From Paraphysomonas bandaiensis (lineage: Eukaryota; Protista; Chrysophyceae): a stretch of 64,000 nucleotides of DNA. A model generated the notes under the pieces. The model worked only from the letters and a program-made list of their open reading frames with translations. It made no database searches and had not been told where the DNA came from. Made by a program: the position numbers and the translations under genes. Every line of letters starts with the position of its first letter. Position 1 is the stretch's first letter. The stretch covers positions 186,001-250,000 of the forward strand of contig CBFFRP010000298.1 in assembly GCA_965644295.1 (NCBI GenBank), read 5' to 3'. This document shows, piece by piece, positions 21,010 through 30,725 of the stretch.

Positions 21010-21510
21010 TTAAAAATATTTCTTCAAGTCATTTTCATAGATTTCTTTGAATCTTCTTTTTAGTATCTTCACATTCTTTTCTGTGTTACTTGTATCAAAA
21101 GGTTTAAGAAATAAGTTTAAATGATAACCTAAACTTCTTATATCATCTTTAAAACTTCTTAGATTATTGAAATGATAAAGAAAGTAAACACAATAAAAAC
21201 CACAGGAAGTGTCTTTTATGCCTTGTATTTGGTCACATGAATATATTAACTTCTTCTTATTACAAAAACTTATAACTTCTCTAGGAGGTGCAATTCCATA
21301 TGAATCAAAATATACACAAGTTTTTTTAAAACACTTCAAAGCTACCCAATGAGAACCCGTACCTTTATCACTATCTTCTAAGTTTATAATATAATTGCCA
21401 TTTTCTTTTGCTTTACCTAATAACTTATTCTTACTCACTATTTGATTAAGATTTATACCTTTCAACATAAGATAATGTGTCAAATCTATGTTACTTGTTG
21501 TGTAATCCAT
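21010..21510 (-). CDS. Adenain/Ulp1-like cysteine maturation protease
   Basis: IINL......GSHWVAL, YFDSYG and QIQ.....SCGFYC give the H-D-Q-C catalytic set. Confidence 0.92.
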   Translation of the reverse strand: MDYTTSNIDLTHYLMLKGINLNQIVSKNKLLGKAKENGNYIINLEDSDKGTGSHWVALKCFKKTCVYFDSYGIAPPREVISFCNKKKLIYSCDQIQGIKDTSCGFYCVYFLYHFNNLRSFKDDIRSLGYHLNLFLKPFDTSNTEKNVKILKRRFKEIYENDLKKYF

Positions 21511-21527
21511 TATATATTATATTCACA

Positions 21528-22316
21528 TTATTTTTTCTTTCCACAATGAGAACAATAACAACAAGTATTAGGCAAACTTGATATTCCAGGGTCAAAACCA
21601 GGATGTCCAGCTCTAACTAGATTACTTCCATCGTCTTTAAGTTTAACGGGTTTCTTTCCTTTGTAATCCACTTCTATAACTCCAGCACCCAATGTTCTAA
21701 ATGATGAGCCAGTAGTAAGTTTTTTTTTAACTTTCTTCACTTGCTTTGATGGAAGATAAGGATTACCACTTCCTTCAGTTGGAGGAGAATTTGAAGATTG
21801 AGTATTAGCATGTTCTCTTAGTGAATTAAAATCATTAACAAATTGACTTCTTTTCTTTTCATCTTTTCTATCTTCAATATGGTCCACACCACTTCTAACT
21901 AACTTATCACCTAAACGGGTTGTGGCATTCAATAGATTATATGAATCACTAACAACGGGAATGCCTAAATCACCAACAACAGCAAAATCATTAACAGTGT
22001 TTTTAACCTTTCTTGAAGTATTTTTAACCTTTCTTCCTAAGTTTGGGTCTTTGAATGTCTTTTTAACTTGTTTCTTAGTCTTATTGAAAGCACTTCTAAT
22101 GTTTTGTTTTAGATTACCACCTTCAATTTCATTATTGTCTAATGTTAGTCGCGTTCCTTTTGACTTATTATAAGAGTTTTCAATTTTTTTCAAGTTCTTG
22201 TCAGATAAAGCAACTGGAAAGCCAAAGCCGATTTGGTCTGGTCTAACTTGTATATTGTGTCCGTTTGATAACTTTCTTAATTGAGCTTCAGATAGATTGA
22301 GTTTTACTTGATGCAT
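21528..22316 (-). CDS. Basic putative core protein
   Basis: LS.AQLRKL..G...KG.RLTL...IEGG N-terminal domain, Lys/Arg-rich, located between the MCP and protease genes. Confidence 0.65.
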   Translation of the reverse strand: MHQVKLNLSEAQLRKLSNGHNIQVRPDQIGFGFPVALSDKNLKKIENSYNKSKGTRLTLDNNEIEGGNLKQNIRSAFNKTKKQVKKTFKDPNLGRKVKNTSRKVKNTVNDFAVVGDLGIPVVSDSYNLLNATTRLGDKLVRSGVDHIEDRKDEKKRSQFVNDFNSLREHANTQSSNSPPTEGSGNPYLPSKQVKKVKKKLTTGSSFRTLGAGVIEVDYKGKKPVKLKDDGSNLVRAGHPGFDPGISSLPNTCCYCSHCGKKK

Positions 22317-22383
22317 TATATATATATTATGTTGAGATAATAATTAGTTTATATTAAATATTATCATACTAAAAATATTTTGT

Positions 22384-24072
22384 TTAATCTACTCTTTTTC
22401 CTGTTGCTACTTCAATTCCGAATGATTTCTCTTGTTCAATGAAGATATTAAAATCAAGTGGTTTCGGGCTGCTTATATTACATTCAAGCTGGATAGATAA
22501 GGGAACGCTTTCGTCATCAGTGTGTTTACGTTTTAAATCTACCACAATATAACCGTATGTATTAATGAAGTCTTTTAAATTGATTCTTGAACTACATAAA
22601 CCAGTCGTTAAGTTAAAATTTACTCCATATTTACCATTTAACTCTCTCATAAACATATCATATGAATAATTAATTTGATTAGGATATAAATTAACACTTG
22701 ATACTTTAACTTGAAGATTTTGAATGGTATAAGGACTACAGGTTGCGGGCTCAGTTGTGAAAGGTGATTGAAACGGGTGAATTTGATTTGTTCCATTGGC
22801 GGATGAACTAATATAAGGACAAATTATCATCCTCTTTACATGTGATAGGCCATTTGTAATAAGTTCATTGACTTGAGATGACTTATTGAAAAGTTGGAAC
22901 AAAACGACATCATTATAAATAAGTTGTTGTTGTGGGCTCTCTAAATATCTTTTCTGGAGAGCAGGTTTCATTGTATAAGAAGGAATGTGAAGAAAACAGT
23001 TTTGTTCCTTACATGGAGTAACATTAAGTGTATTGTGTGGGTAAAATTGGGGTTTTGCTATGTTACTACTGATTGTCAACACTGTTCCATCTGGAATTGT
23101 GTATCCACCACAGTATATATTGTCTGCAACTGATGAGTTATTCGCACCGCCAAATAAACTGTTATATTGAGAACTACACACCATTAAGGGGTTACTTCCT
23201 CTTCCGTTAAAATCTGCTGGAGAAAATGACATTGTGTCGTTATCTGTTTTAGTCACTTTGAATATACACTGGTTAAAATTTATTGTTATTTTGAAAAGAC
23301 CACCTTTCATGGGAGGAGATTTCTCAAATATACTTGAAAGGTCTTTAAGACGAATAATTTCAGTATGATAATAGGCTTTATATGTTGCAGTATTCACAAC
23401 ATAACTGCGATTCATTTCTTTAATTTTTTCATTATTACCCACTACCAAATTTCTTTTAGATTCATTGAGTGTATCAACAACTTTATTAAAAACTTGTTGT
23501 CTTTCATACATTCCTTTATTACATTTATTGATGTAATCAATACCATTTAAATGATTTATAGCGTTATTGTTATTCATTAATCCGTTCGCTTCATCATAGC
23601 TCCATGAATCCGGTGTGTCTTTGGCATATGATATTGTGTTTCCGTTCACATATTCATCATCTAATGACATTTCTGAATGTTGTTTAAATATTAAGTATTG
23701 ATTAATATTTCGTGTTTCTTGGACTCCCCATTGATTTTGGTATTGAATGGTTATTGAATCTATCATATTTAAACTTGAATTTTTCCTACATAGTAACAAA
23801 TCACTCTCTTTTATGTGCGCTGCTGTAAAGTCAACGGGATTACCACCGTTTTCACCAGTCACAACATCCACTATTGGAATTGTAAAAAATCCATTTTTGT
23901 AATCACATATTTTGCCATTGTTACTAAGTGTGGTAGTTTCAAATATTGTTTGATTACTTGAATAATTACCTGAAGTTTGCAAATCACTTACTTTGCTATA
24001 ATCCCACTCCACAAAGTCACTTACATTCTCATGTGCTTGTTCAAAAGATTGGTCAACTATTGCCTTGTCCAT
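22384..24072 (-). CDS. Major capsid protein (double jelly-roll, PLV-type)
   Basis: 562 aa and beta-rich, with GNYSSNQTIFETTTLSNNG..DYKNGFFTIP, IDSITIQY and YGYIVVDL motifs. It lies in the morphogenesis cluster with mCP, ATPase and protease. Family assignment is from recalled similarity and context. Confidence 0.82.
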   Translation of the reverse strand: MDKAIVDQSFEQAHENVSDFVEWDYSKVSDLQTSGNYSSNQTIFETTTLSNNGKICDYKNGFFTIPIVDVVTGENGGNPVDFTAAHIKESDLLLCRKNSSLNMIDSITIQYQNQWGVQETRNINQYLIFKQHSEMSLDDEYVNGNTISYAKDTPDSWSYDEANGLMNNNNAINHLNGIDYINKCNKGMYERQQVFNKVVDTLNESKRNLVVGNNEKIKEMNRSYVVNTATYKAYYHTEIIRLKDLSSIFEKSPPMKGGLFKITINFNQCIFKVTKTDNDTMSFSPADFNGRGSNPLMVCSSQYNSLFGGANNSSVADNIYCGGYTIPDGTVLTISSNIAKPQFYPHNTLNVTPCKEQNCFLHIPSYTMKPALQKRYLESPQQQLIYNDVVLFQLFNKSSQVNELITNGLSHVKRMIICPYISSSANGTNQIHPFQSPFTTEPATCSPYTIQNLQVKVSSVNLYPNQINYSYDMFMRELNGKYGVNFNLTTGLCSSRINLKDFINTYGYIVVDLKRKHTDDESVPLSIQLECNISSPKPLDFNIFIEQEKSFGIEVATGKRVD

Positions 24073-24114
24073 ATTGTATAATATATACTTAGATTATAAA
24101 ATATTTTATAATAA

Positions 24115-24335
24115 ATTATTTGAAAAATTATTTTGAATAGAATAAATATTTTTGAATAGAATAAATATTTTATAATAAAATATTTTGAATAGAATAAATA
24201 TTTTTGATAAATATTTTTGAAAAAATATTTTGAATAGAATAAATATTTTTGATAAATATTTTTGAAAAAATATTTTGAATAGAATAAATATTTTTGATAA
24301 ATATTTTTGAAAAAATATTTTGAATAGAATAAAAT
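24115..24335 (-). repeat. Internal array of the 45-bp repeat upstream of MCP
   Basis: tattttgaatagaataaatatttttgataaatatttttgaaaaaa x3 (24181-24315) plus partial units. Confidence 0.88.
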
Positions 24336-24338
24336 ATT

Positions 24339-24638
24339 CTATACTTTTAAATTAGCAAATTTTTTTAATCTTTCCATTGATACATTGTTTACACTCTGAA
24401 ATAACTCATCTTTGGTTCTCTCTTGTCCTTTCCCTTCTGTTCTTGGTTTCACCTTAATACTAATTAGTTTATCACTTAAACTTATATTAGGTTTCTTTGT
24501 GTTTTCCACTTTCTGTTTATGTTCAATAATTACGTCTTCTTTTATCTTATCTTCTTTTGTTTCTTCTTGTATTTCTTTTCTATGAGAAGGAATTACTTGT
24601 CTTCTCATTGTTCCACCTATCATTTTATAATATGACAT
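24339..24638 (-). CDS. Hypothetical basic viral protein (99 aa)
   Basis: ORF between mCP and MCP with an N-terminal MIGG. Confidence 0.65.
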   Translation of the reverse strand: MSYYKMIGGTMRRQVIPSHRKEIQEETKEDKIKEDVIIEHKQKVENTKKPNISLSDKLISIKVKPRTEGKGQERTKDELFQSVNNVSMERLKKFANLKV

Positions 24639-24681
24639 ATCGTATATAATAGTATTATATAAAAAAATATACTATATCGTT

Positions 24682-25569
24682 TTAATCTTTATCAGGACTC
24701 TTAATAATTAACATTATAACCGTTTCAGCGTCTCTTATATCTAATCTTCTCATATCTTGGTCGTATAGTTCTATTGTAAAACTTGAATATAAAGCATCTC
24801 TCACTTTAACAAATGACTCTGTTTTTGGTTCTCTATCTATCATACCTCCAAATTCAACACTACCACTTGTAAATGAATATAACAGTCCATCAGGATTGCT
24901 AAAGCCGTTTTGAGTAGTCATTGAACAAACAACGTTTATAGAGCTAACAGGCGTCATATTTGGTGTTTTATCAGATAAAAAAGTTATATTTGTACTTGAT
25001 GCTATTGATGGGTACGATCCATTAGAATATCCTATTAAGCCTCCAAATGAAGAAAAATTTGAAACAACTAGTTGAGGTGTTGTGGCTGTTGAAGGATAAG
25101 ACCAAGTCTCTGAACCTTTGACGAAATCTGTTCCCGCTTGTGCTGCTGTCATCATTGCATATACATTCAATTGAACTGAATAATAACTTACATTTGAAAT
25201 GAATTCTATGTGATAAGCAAAATCACCCGTGCTTTGTTGAATCAAGTAATGACCCCTTTTCTCTAGTTCAGATTGTAAAAATTTATTCAATAATTCAACT
25301 GTATAAAATCCATCTGGAATTGTAATATCTATAGTTGTGTTCAAGTCTCCTGCATTGTCAAACCATACATATGAAAACTTATTGTTTCTGAAATAATCTG
25401 ATATATTAAACCAACTGTAATACATATTTATGCTTTGAATAGCTAATGAACAATCATTTAGTCGTAATGATTGATTAAAAGTATATTTGAATACTGAATT
25501 CTTTGAACCTGAAACTATATTATTTTTATTTAATATAATTGTATTGTAGTTATAATTTGTGTCTGACAT
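24682..25569 (-). CDS. Minor capsid (penton) protein
   Basis: FKYTF...SLAIQSINMYYSWFNIS...NNKF...ITIPDGFY...LN and C-terminal IELYDQ, the usual single jelly-roll penton pattern. Confidence 0.85.
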   Translation of the reverse strand: MSDTNYNYNTIILNKNNIVSGSKNSVFKYTFNQSLRLNDCSLAIQSINMYYSWFNISDYFRNNKFSYVWFDNAGDLNTTIDITIPDGFYTVELLNKFLQSELEKRGHYLIQQSTGDFAYHIEFISNVSYYSVQLNVYAMMTAAQAGTDFVKGSETWSYPSTATTPQLVVSNFSSFGGLIGYSNGSYPSIASSTNITFLSDKTPNMTPVSSINVVCSMTTQNGFSNPDGLLYSFTSGSVEFGGMIDREPKTESFVKVRDALYSSFTIELYDQDMRRLDIRDAETVIMLIIKSPDKD

Positions 25570-25607
25570 TATATAATATTTACTTATATAATAATTTTTG
25601 TAAATAG

Positions 25608-26066
25608 TTATTCTAAACTATTTAAGATTTCATTTAACTGTTCATCATCTATTCTACCTATCTTATTAAGTCTTTTCAATATGTCTATTCCTTCTTTCAA
25701 TACTTCATTGCTGTTGTTTCCTGCTTGAATACTCCCTTGTAATAGTTCAAATCGCTTTAATAAATCTTCTTCCGTTAGTTCTGGCTCTTTGTATTTCAAT
25801 TCTGTCTTTGCTCCTGATTGTGTCATTATGATGTTAAATAATTTCTTCTCTTCTTCTGTTAATCGTTTTATCATTTCATAATTTAGTTCATTTGTGTCAA
25901 TTAAGTTTAACAACACACTCGCAAACTCGGGGCTTATTGTTTGTGTCTTTATATATCTGCTGAATGGTGACCCTGTTTCATATAATACCATTAGTTTATT
26001 ATCTAATAGCTTCATTACATTTATTTGTAGTTTGTAAAACTTCTTGTAGTTCTTTTTAATTGTCAT
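25608..26066 (-). CDS. Hypothetical virion-module protein with RFELLQGSIQAGNN motif
   Basis: 152-aa ORF; the motif resembles small conserved Polinton/PLV proteins (recalled, not searched). Confidence 0.7.
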   Translation of the reverse strand: MTIKKNYKKFYKLQINVMKLLDNKLMVLYETGSPFSRYIKTQTISPEFASVLLNLIDTNELNYEMIKRLTEEEKKLFNIIMTQSGAKTELKYKEPELTEEDLLKRFELLQGSIQAGNNSNEVLKEGIDILKRLNKIGRIDDEQLNEILNSLE

Positions 26067-26115
26067 TATTATATAATATACTATTATATTATATTATATT
26101 TTATACTATTGAATA

Positions 26116-27534
26116 TTAACCAAATCTAACTCTCATACTTCCAATCTTTTTAATCTTTAATCCGTTGCCATCTTTTATAATGTCTTCTTGTGGTTCTTCT
26201 TCTACTTCATCTTCATCGTCATCTTTTCTTTTCATTTCTTCTTCTTCTCTTCTTATATCGTGTATAGTTCGTGTAATTGATTTTCTCGGTTCTCTTGGTT
26301 GTTTTGCTTCTCCTATATCTCTTTCACCTCCTTGTGCTAGTCTATTTCTCACTATGTTATGTACAGTTTTAAAATTATCACCAGTTACAGTGTTATATAT
26401 GGTCTTTTTTCGAACAGTTGATGCTCCTCTTCCAGTTTCCGTGAAGAGTTTTCTAACTCCGTTATAATCATCTTTGTCTTGTTGACTCGCTTTTTCTTTA
26501 CTCGTTTTATAATCATCTTCTTTTCCTAGTCTTAAAATGCTTGTTAATCGTTGCATTTTTCTGTTAACATCTTCCAATTCTTCCATACTCATATTATTTA
26601 CCCTACCAATTGCTCTTTGTGTTTCTTCATTATATTCTTCTTTCTCTTCTTTCATCTCAGTCTCTTCTTTCTCTTCTTTCTCTTCGTCAAAGTCAAAGTC
26701 ATAATCAGTGTTGCTATAAATATGAAAATCTTTATCTTGATCTGTTATTGATGATATTGAATCAGAAACTGAGTAATCATCATAAAGTGAGTAATCATCA
26801 GAAACTGGGTAATTTTGAAATTGTCTTGCGAAACTTTCTAATGATTTTTTGTCTATCTTTTGTATTTCTGGAACAATTGTATCTTCATCAAATTCTTCAT
26901 CAAAATCAGGTAAATCTGACATTTCATAAGCTTGTTTCACTTTGCTTTCTCCATACTTCTTAATCAATGATTCTAAAGTTAGTTGCAATGCTTCAAGTCT
27001 ATCATTTAAATCATTTTTAGTTTCGTTTGATATACCCGCTATATTAGTTAAATGTCGTATTATTGCATCAACTTCTTGTTCTGATGATAAAAGATTTCTT
27101 ATTCCTGATGTGTTTTTTTGATTTTCAAGATATCTATGTACAAAGTCATACATTTCTTGCGCTCTCACTTTACCTACCTTATTAGATAAAGAAGAAAACA
27201 TACCTAAAAAATATTTGTTAAAGTCAACAAAGTTTTTATATCTACTATTCTTTAATTTATTCAAAAAGTCTTGTGCCTCGTTACCGTCATTTTTAAACAA
27301 CTTCAAAGCGTTCTTTTGTGCTGTCTGTGATTGTAATACTTTATCTTCTTCTTTTTCTGCTAGTGTTCTATTATCTCTTAGTTCTGGTGTTATACCTTCT
27401 TTTAAGTGTTGTTGCTCTTCTGATATATTCTTACTAATGTCTGATAATATTTTTAAGTCGTTTAGTTCCTTTTGTCTAAAATATTTTGCTCTTTCCTTTG
27501 GACTCAATCTTCTTATTTCAAAACTTGATAACAT
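26116..27534 (-). CDS. Hypothetical charged/coiled-coil viral protein
   Basis: 472-aa ORF with acidic tracts, located downstream of the ATPase. Confidence 0.75.
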   Translation of the reverse strand: MLSSFEIRRLSPKERAKYFRQKELNDLKILSDISKNISEEQQHLKEGITPELRDNRTLAEKEEDKVLQSQTAQKNALKLFKNDGNEAQDFLNKLKNSRYKNFVDFNKYFLGMFSSLSNKVGKVRAQEMYDFVHRYLENQKNTSGIRNLLSSEQEVDAIIRHLTNIAGISNETKNDLNDRLEALQLTLESLIKKYGESKVKQAYEMSDLPDFDEEFDEDTIVPEIQKIDKKSLESFARQFQNYPVSDDYSLYDDYSVSDSISSITDQDKDFHIYSNTDYDFDFDEEKEEKEETEMKEEKEEYNEETQRAIGRVNNMSMEELEDVNRKMQRLTSILRLGKEDDYKTSKEKASQQDKDDYNGVRKLFTETGRGASTVRKKTIYNTVTGDNFKTVHNIVRNRLAQGGERDIGEAKQPREPRKSITRTIHDIRREEEEMKRKDDDEDEVEEEPQEDIIKDGNGLKIKKIGSMRVRFG

Positions 27535-27569
27535 CTTTTTATATATAATAACAACATATTTTTTTATAA

Positions 27570-28286
27570 TTAAAATGCTTCTATATTTAATATTTCATTG
27601 AAGTTCTTTCTGAATGCTCTTTCACTTGGCGCTTCTAAATCAATTAATAAAAAGTTCGTTATTTTGTCATCTATACAATACTGATACATGTTTAATAATT
27701 GCTCAATACTTCCATTTAAAGCATGATTTCTCATTAAATAAGTTATATCTCTTTTTCCACTTATCTTCTTCATTATTAAATAATTTAATTGCTCTCTAAC
27801 TAGTGTTGGAACTTTTGCATATTTCTGAGTCAAATACATTAATGATATACCTATTTTGCGACCTCTTAAGAACATTTCACCTATTATATCTTGATTCTTC
27901 TCATTAACTAAGTCATCAAATATAATTAGCGTTTGTCCGAAATATTCTTTATCAATGTTAACACTTCTTAAATGCTCTAGTCCTTCATGAATTTCAAATA
28001 AGTCATCATTGTCTTCTAACTTACTTTCTAAGTATTCATATAACGGTTCTTTCTTGTTTCTTGTATACAAGATAATCTTGTGAAACGTATTATTCATAAT
28101 ACAAATCATGTTCAAAACTATGTTCGATTTACCTGCTCCAGATGCTCCAACGATTAACATTCTGAAAGGAACTTTTATTCCATGTTTTCCATAGTTAGGA
28201 TTAATAGATTCTGTTTGAAAGGCTTTTACTTCGTCTAATTCATAAAAATTTACTATATCAACCATCTTATACTGTATATATAACAT
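27570..28286 (-). CDS. A32/FtsK-HerA family DNA packaging ATPase
   Basis: PFRMLIVGASGAGKS, LIIFDD and RGRK.GIS...LTQ.Y..VP..VR. The true start may be MVDI at 28265. Confidence 0.93.
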   Translation of the reverse strand: MLYIQYKMVDIVNFYELDEVKAFQTESINPNYGKHGIKVPFRMLIVGASGAGKSNIVLNMICIMNNTFHKIILYTRNKKEPLYEYLESKLEDNDDLFEIHEGLEHLRSVNIDKEYFGQTLIIFDDLVNEKNQDIIGEMFLRGRKIGISLMYLTQKYAKVPTLVREQLNYLIMKKISGKRDITYLMRNHALNGSIEQLLNMYQYCIDDKITNFLLIDLEAPSERAFRKNFNEILNIEAF

Positions 28287-28312
28287 TGTTTAGAAAAATA
28301 TATTCATTCTTT

Positions 28313-29368
28313 TTATATTTGTGTAATTTCTATTGTTGATTTTAAAGTGGTATCACTGCTTGCACCATCAAAATTAAAATCAGAATCAAATGATAAAGTA
28401 TATGTTGATAATTCATCTACAGTTATATAGAAAGAAATTTCACCTGTTATATATTCAATAGAACCTCTATTAGCTTTCCAATGTTGCCCAGATTTTCTTG
28501 ACTTTTTATGTAAAACATTATTCTTATGTAATTCGATATGAGTAAAAAAATGGTTAATAGATTCAAGTGTTCCAAGTTCATATTGATGTATGATTAAGAA
28601 TCTACCTAATTTTTTAATATAACCGAAGCTATCAAAAAAGTCATCTACATCTGGCGTATATGGCGCTAAAACATTATATTCACTCGTATATGATATATTA
28701 ACGCTTGATGCATATAACACACCAGAACCAATTGAAATAATTCCTGAAACATTACCATTAGTGATATTTGTTGAATTATAACCTATCATTTCACCTTTGT
28801 TAAATTCATATAATTTTGATATGCTACCTAAACCATGTCCTAAGGCGTCTAATTGATTTTGAATGTTTGATGAAACATTATTTAGTTTGTTTAATTCGTC
28901 GTTTGTTATTAATCCATCTCCTATTAAACCACAACTTATTCTATTTCCTGATGTTATTAAATCTTGTTTTCCTGTTTCATAGTTATCATATGTCGTTTTT
29001 AAATTATTTGTAAAGGCCACTGTTTGTTCACTTAGATTTGGAAATATTATTTTTGATACTTCTACACTTCCTGAAATTGACGTATTCGTTCCATCATATG
29101 ATAGATTAGTTGCTTTTGTTTTCGTATTTTCAATGTCTGTTTTTAAATTGTCTGTCATTGCCGTTGTTTGTATTGAATCGTCATTAAACAATAATTGTCC
29201 ATCTCCATATAAATTCAATGATTGCAAAACTAGAGTTCCACTCATTACATCTCCACTCTTTTGAATATATCCTGTTAAGTCAACGTCAACAATGCTATCT
29301 TTTATATATGTGTAATTTGAAGGGTTAAATACTCCATTTGATGGTTTCGGTTTGGGGTAAATACTCAT
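28313..29368 (-). CDS. Second fibre-like protein
   Basis: MSIYPKPK...FNPSNY N-terminus, SGDVMSGTL, QTVAFT and IQNQLDAL motifs shared with 16631-18373. Confidence 0.68.
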   Translation of the reverse strand: MSIYPKPKPSNGVFNPSNYTYIKDSIVDVDLTGYIQKSGDVMSGTLVLQSLNLYGDGQLLFNDDSIQTTAMTDNLKTDIENTKTKATNLSYDGTNTSISGSVEVSKIIFPNLSEQTVAFTNNLKTTYDNYETGKQDLITSGNRISCGLIGDGLITNDELNKLNNVSSNIQNQLDALGHGLGSISKLYEFNKGEMIGYNSTNITNGNVSGIISIGSGVLYASSVNISYTSEYNVLAPYTPDVDDFFDSFGYIKKLGRFLIIHQYELGTLESINHFFTHIELHKNNVLHKKSRKSGQHWKANRGSIEYITGEISFYITVDELSTYTLSFDSDFNFDGASSDTTLKSTIEITQI

Positions 29369-29440
29369 GGTTATATATATTTATACTATATAATTATTTA
29401 ATGTGAAAATTACAAATTATTTTATAACATCAATATATAT

Positions 29441-30238
29441 ATGTCATTAACTTCTATTATCAATATTGCTAATCACATTAACAAATATAATGTCGTTCAA
29501 GGTAATACAAATACACAATACCAAACAAATGTCACTTTTCCAACGTCTTTTGCAGGTCTTCCAACTGCTTTTAATGGTCAAGATGTTTTTGATACTCATA
29601 TAACTAAGTCTTATTCTGGCGGAAGTGGTGTGACTGCTTATGCAAATGGAAATTATAACTTAATTTGTTCTTCATATGGTAGATACAGAACAGCCGACCC
29701 TTTAAATTCATGTAACTTATTATTTGATGATAGTGATGAGACGTTCTGGGGTAATAACAGATATAACAGCGGACCAAATGGTATTGATAATTACAGAGAT
29801 GGCGTTTTTCATGCTATGCCTTCTGGTGAAGCTTATGATGATACAACAGGTAATTACATTGGTAGCAATGGAACAGATTATTATTTTTCAACTACATATG
29901 ATACATCACAATCAATAGCTGGCGAATGGGTTCAAGTTCAATTACCTTATAAAATTCGTTTAACATCTATATCAACTCAAGAAAGAAGCACACCACAAGA
30001 GAGAACAATGAAAGCATGCTATATATTGGGGTCTGATGATGGCACAACTTGGAATTATATTGATGATGTAGCATTTCCAGGAACACAAGATTCAACTTTG
30101 TTCACTGAAGCAGTTACAACAACTAAAAGATATTCAATTATAAGAATTGTTATTGCCTCAGCAGGTTATATTATGTTTAACACTATCAATTTTAGATTGA
30201 CAGGTGATACATGGAGTTTAGATTCAACAACTGAATAA
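29441..30238 (+). CDS. Discoidin/F5-8 type C-like (galactose-binding fold) protein
   Basis: GEWVQVQLP..IRLTSI, YILGSDDGTTW and RYSIIRIVI. Confidence 0.72.
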   Translation: MSLTSIINIANHINKYNVVQGNTNTQYQTNVTFPTSFAGLPTAFNGQDVFDTHITKSYSGGSGVTAYANGNYNLICSSYGRYRTADPLNSCNLLFDDSDETFWGNNRYNSGPNGIDNYRDGVFHAMPSGEAYDDTTGNYIGSNGTDYYFSTTYDTSQSIAGEWVQVQLPYKIRLTSISTQERSTPQERTMKACYILGSDDGTTWNYIDDVAFPGTQDSTLFTEAVTTTKRYSIIRIVIASAGYIMFNTINFRLTGDTWSLDSTTE

Positions 30239-30267
30239 TATTTTTATCTAACATATATATATATATA

Positions 30268-30675
30268 ATGGGTTATGGAATTAAATATTTTGATTGTTGT
30301 GGACATGTTGATAGTGAATTAAACGGTTATTATGATGAAGATAACGATAAATTTATTCATACAAAATTATCAAATTGCTGTGAAAAACCTTTGAATAAAT
30401 CAGAAGGTGAAATTAATAATATACTTAATAAATATTGTAGAAGATATATAAGCTCTCGTACATTATCATATCCATCTAAAGAAATATTAGAAGATTATAT
30501 TTCTAGAAACAATTTAAAAGAAAGGAAAAATGAAAATATATTCAAAAAATTATATTTATGGGATAAATTTTGGGAGTCCATTATGTATGTTATTGAAAAT
30601 GAAGGAGATGAGAAAAAAATGAAAACAAAAAAGTGGAAATACTCTTTAAATGTTATTGATAACTTGATGTATTGA
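30268..30675 (+). CDS. Hypothetical viral protein
   Basis: 135-aa ORF with TATATA immediately upstream. Confidence 0.62.
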   Translation: MGYGIKYFDCCGHVDSELNGYYDEDNDKFIHTKLSNCCEKPLNKSEGEINNILNKYCRRYISSRTLSYPSKEILEDYISRNNLKERKNENIFKKLYLWDKFWESIMYVIENEGDEKKMKTKKWKYSLNVIDNLMY

Positions 30676-30725
30676 AACAATTTAATATAATGTTTTAATT
30701 TAAAAAAATTAAAACAGTAAAAGGA

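Noticed and set aside
24115-24335. Repeat arrays as a CRISPR-like locus
   Set aside because: The units are head-to-tail with no unique spacers, and no cas genes are present.
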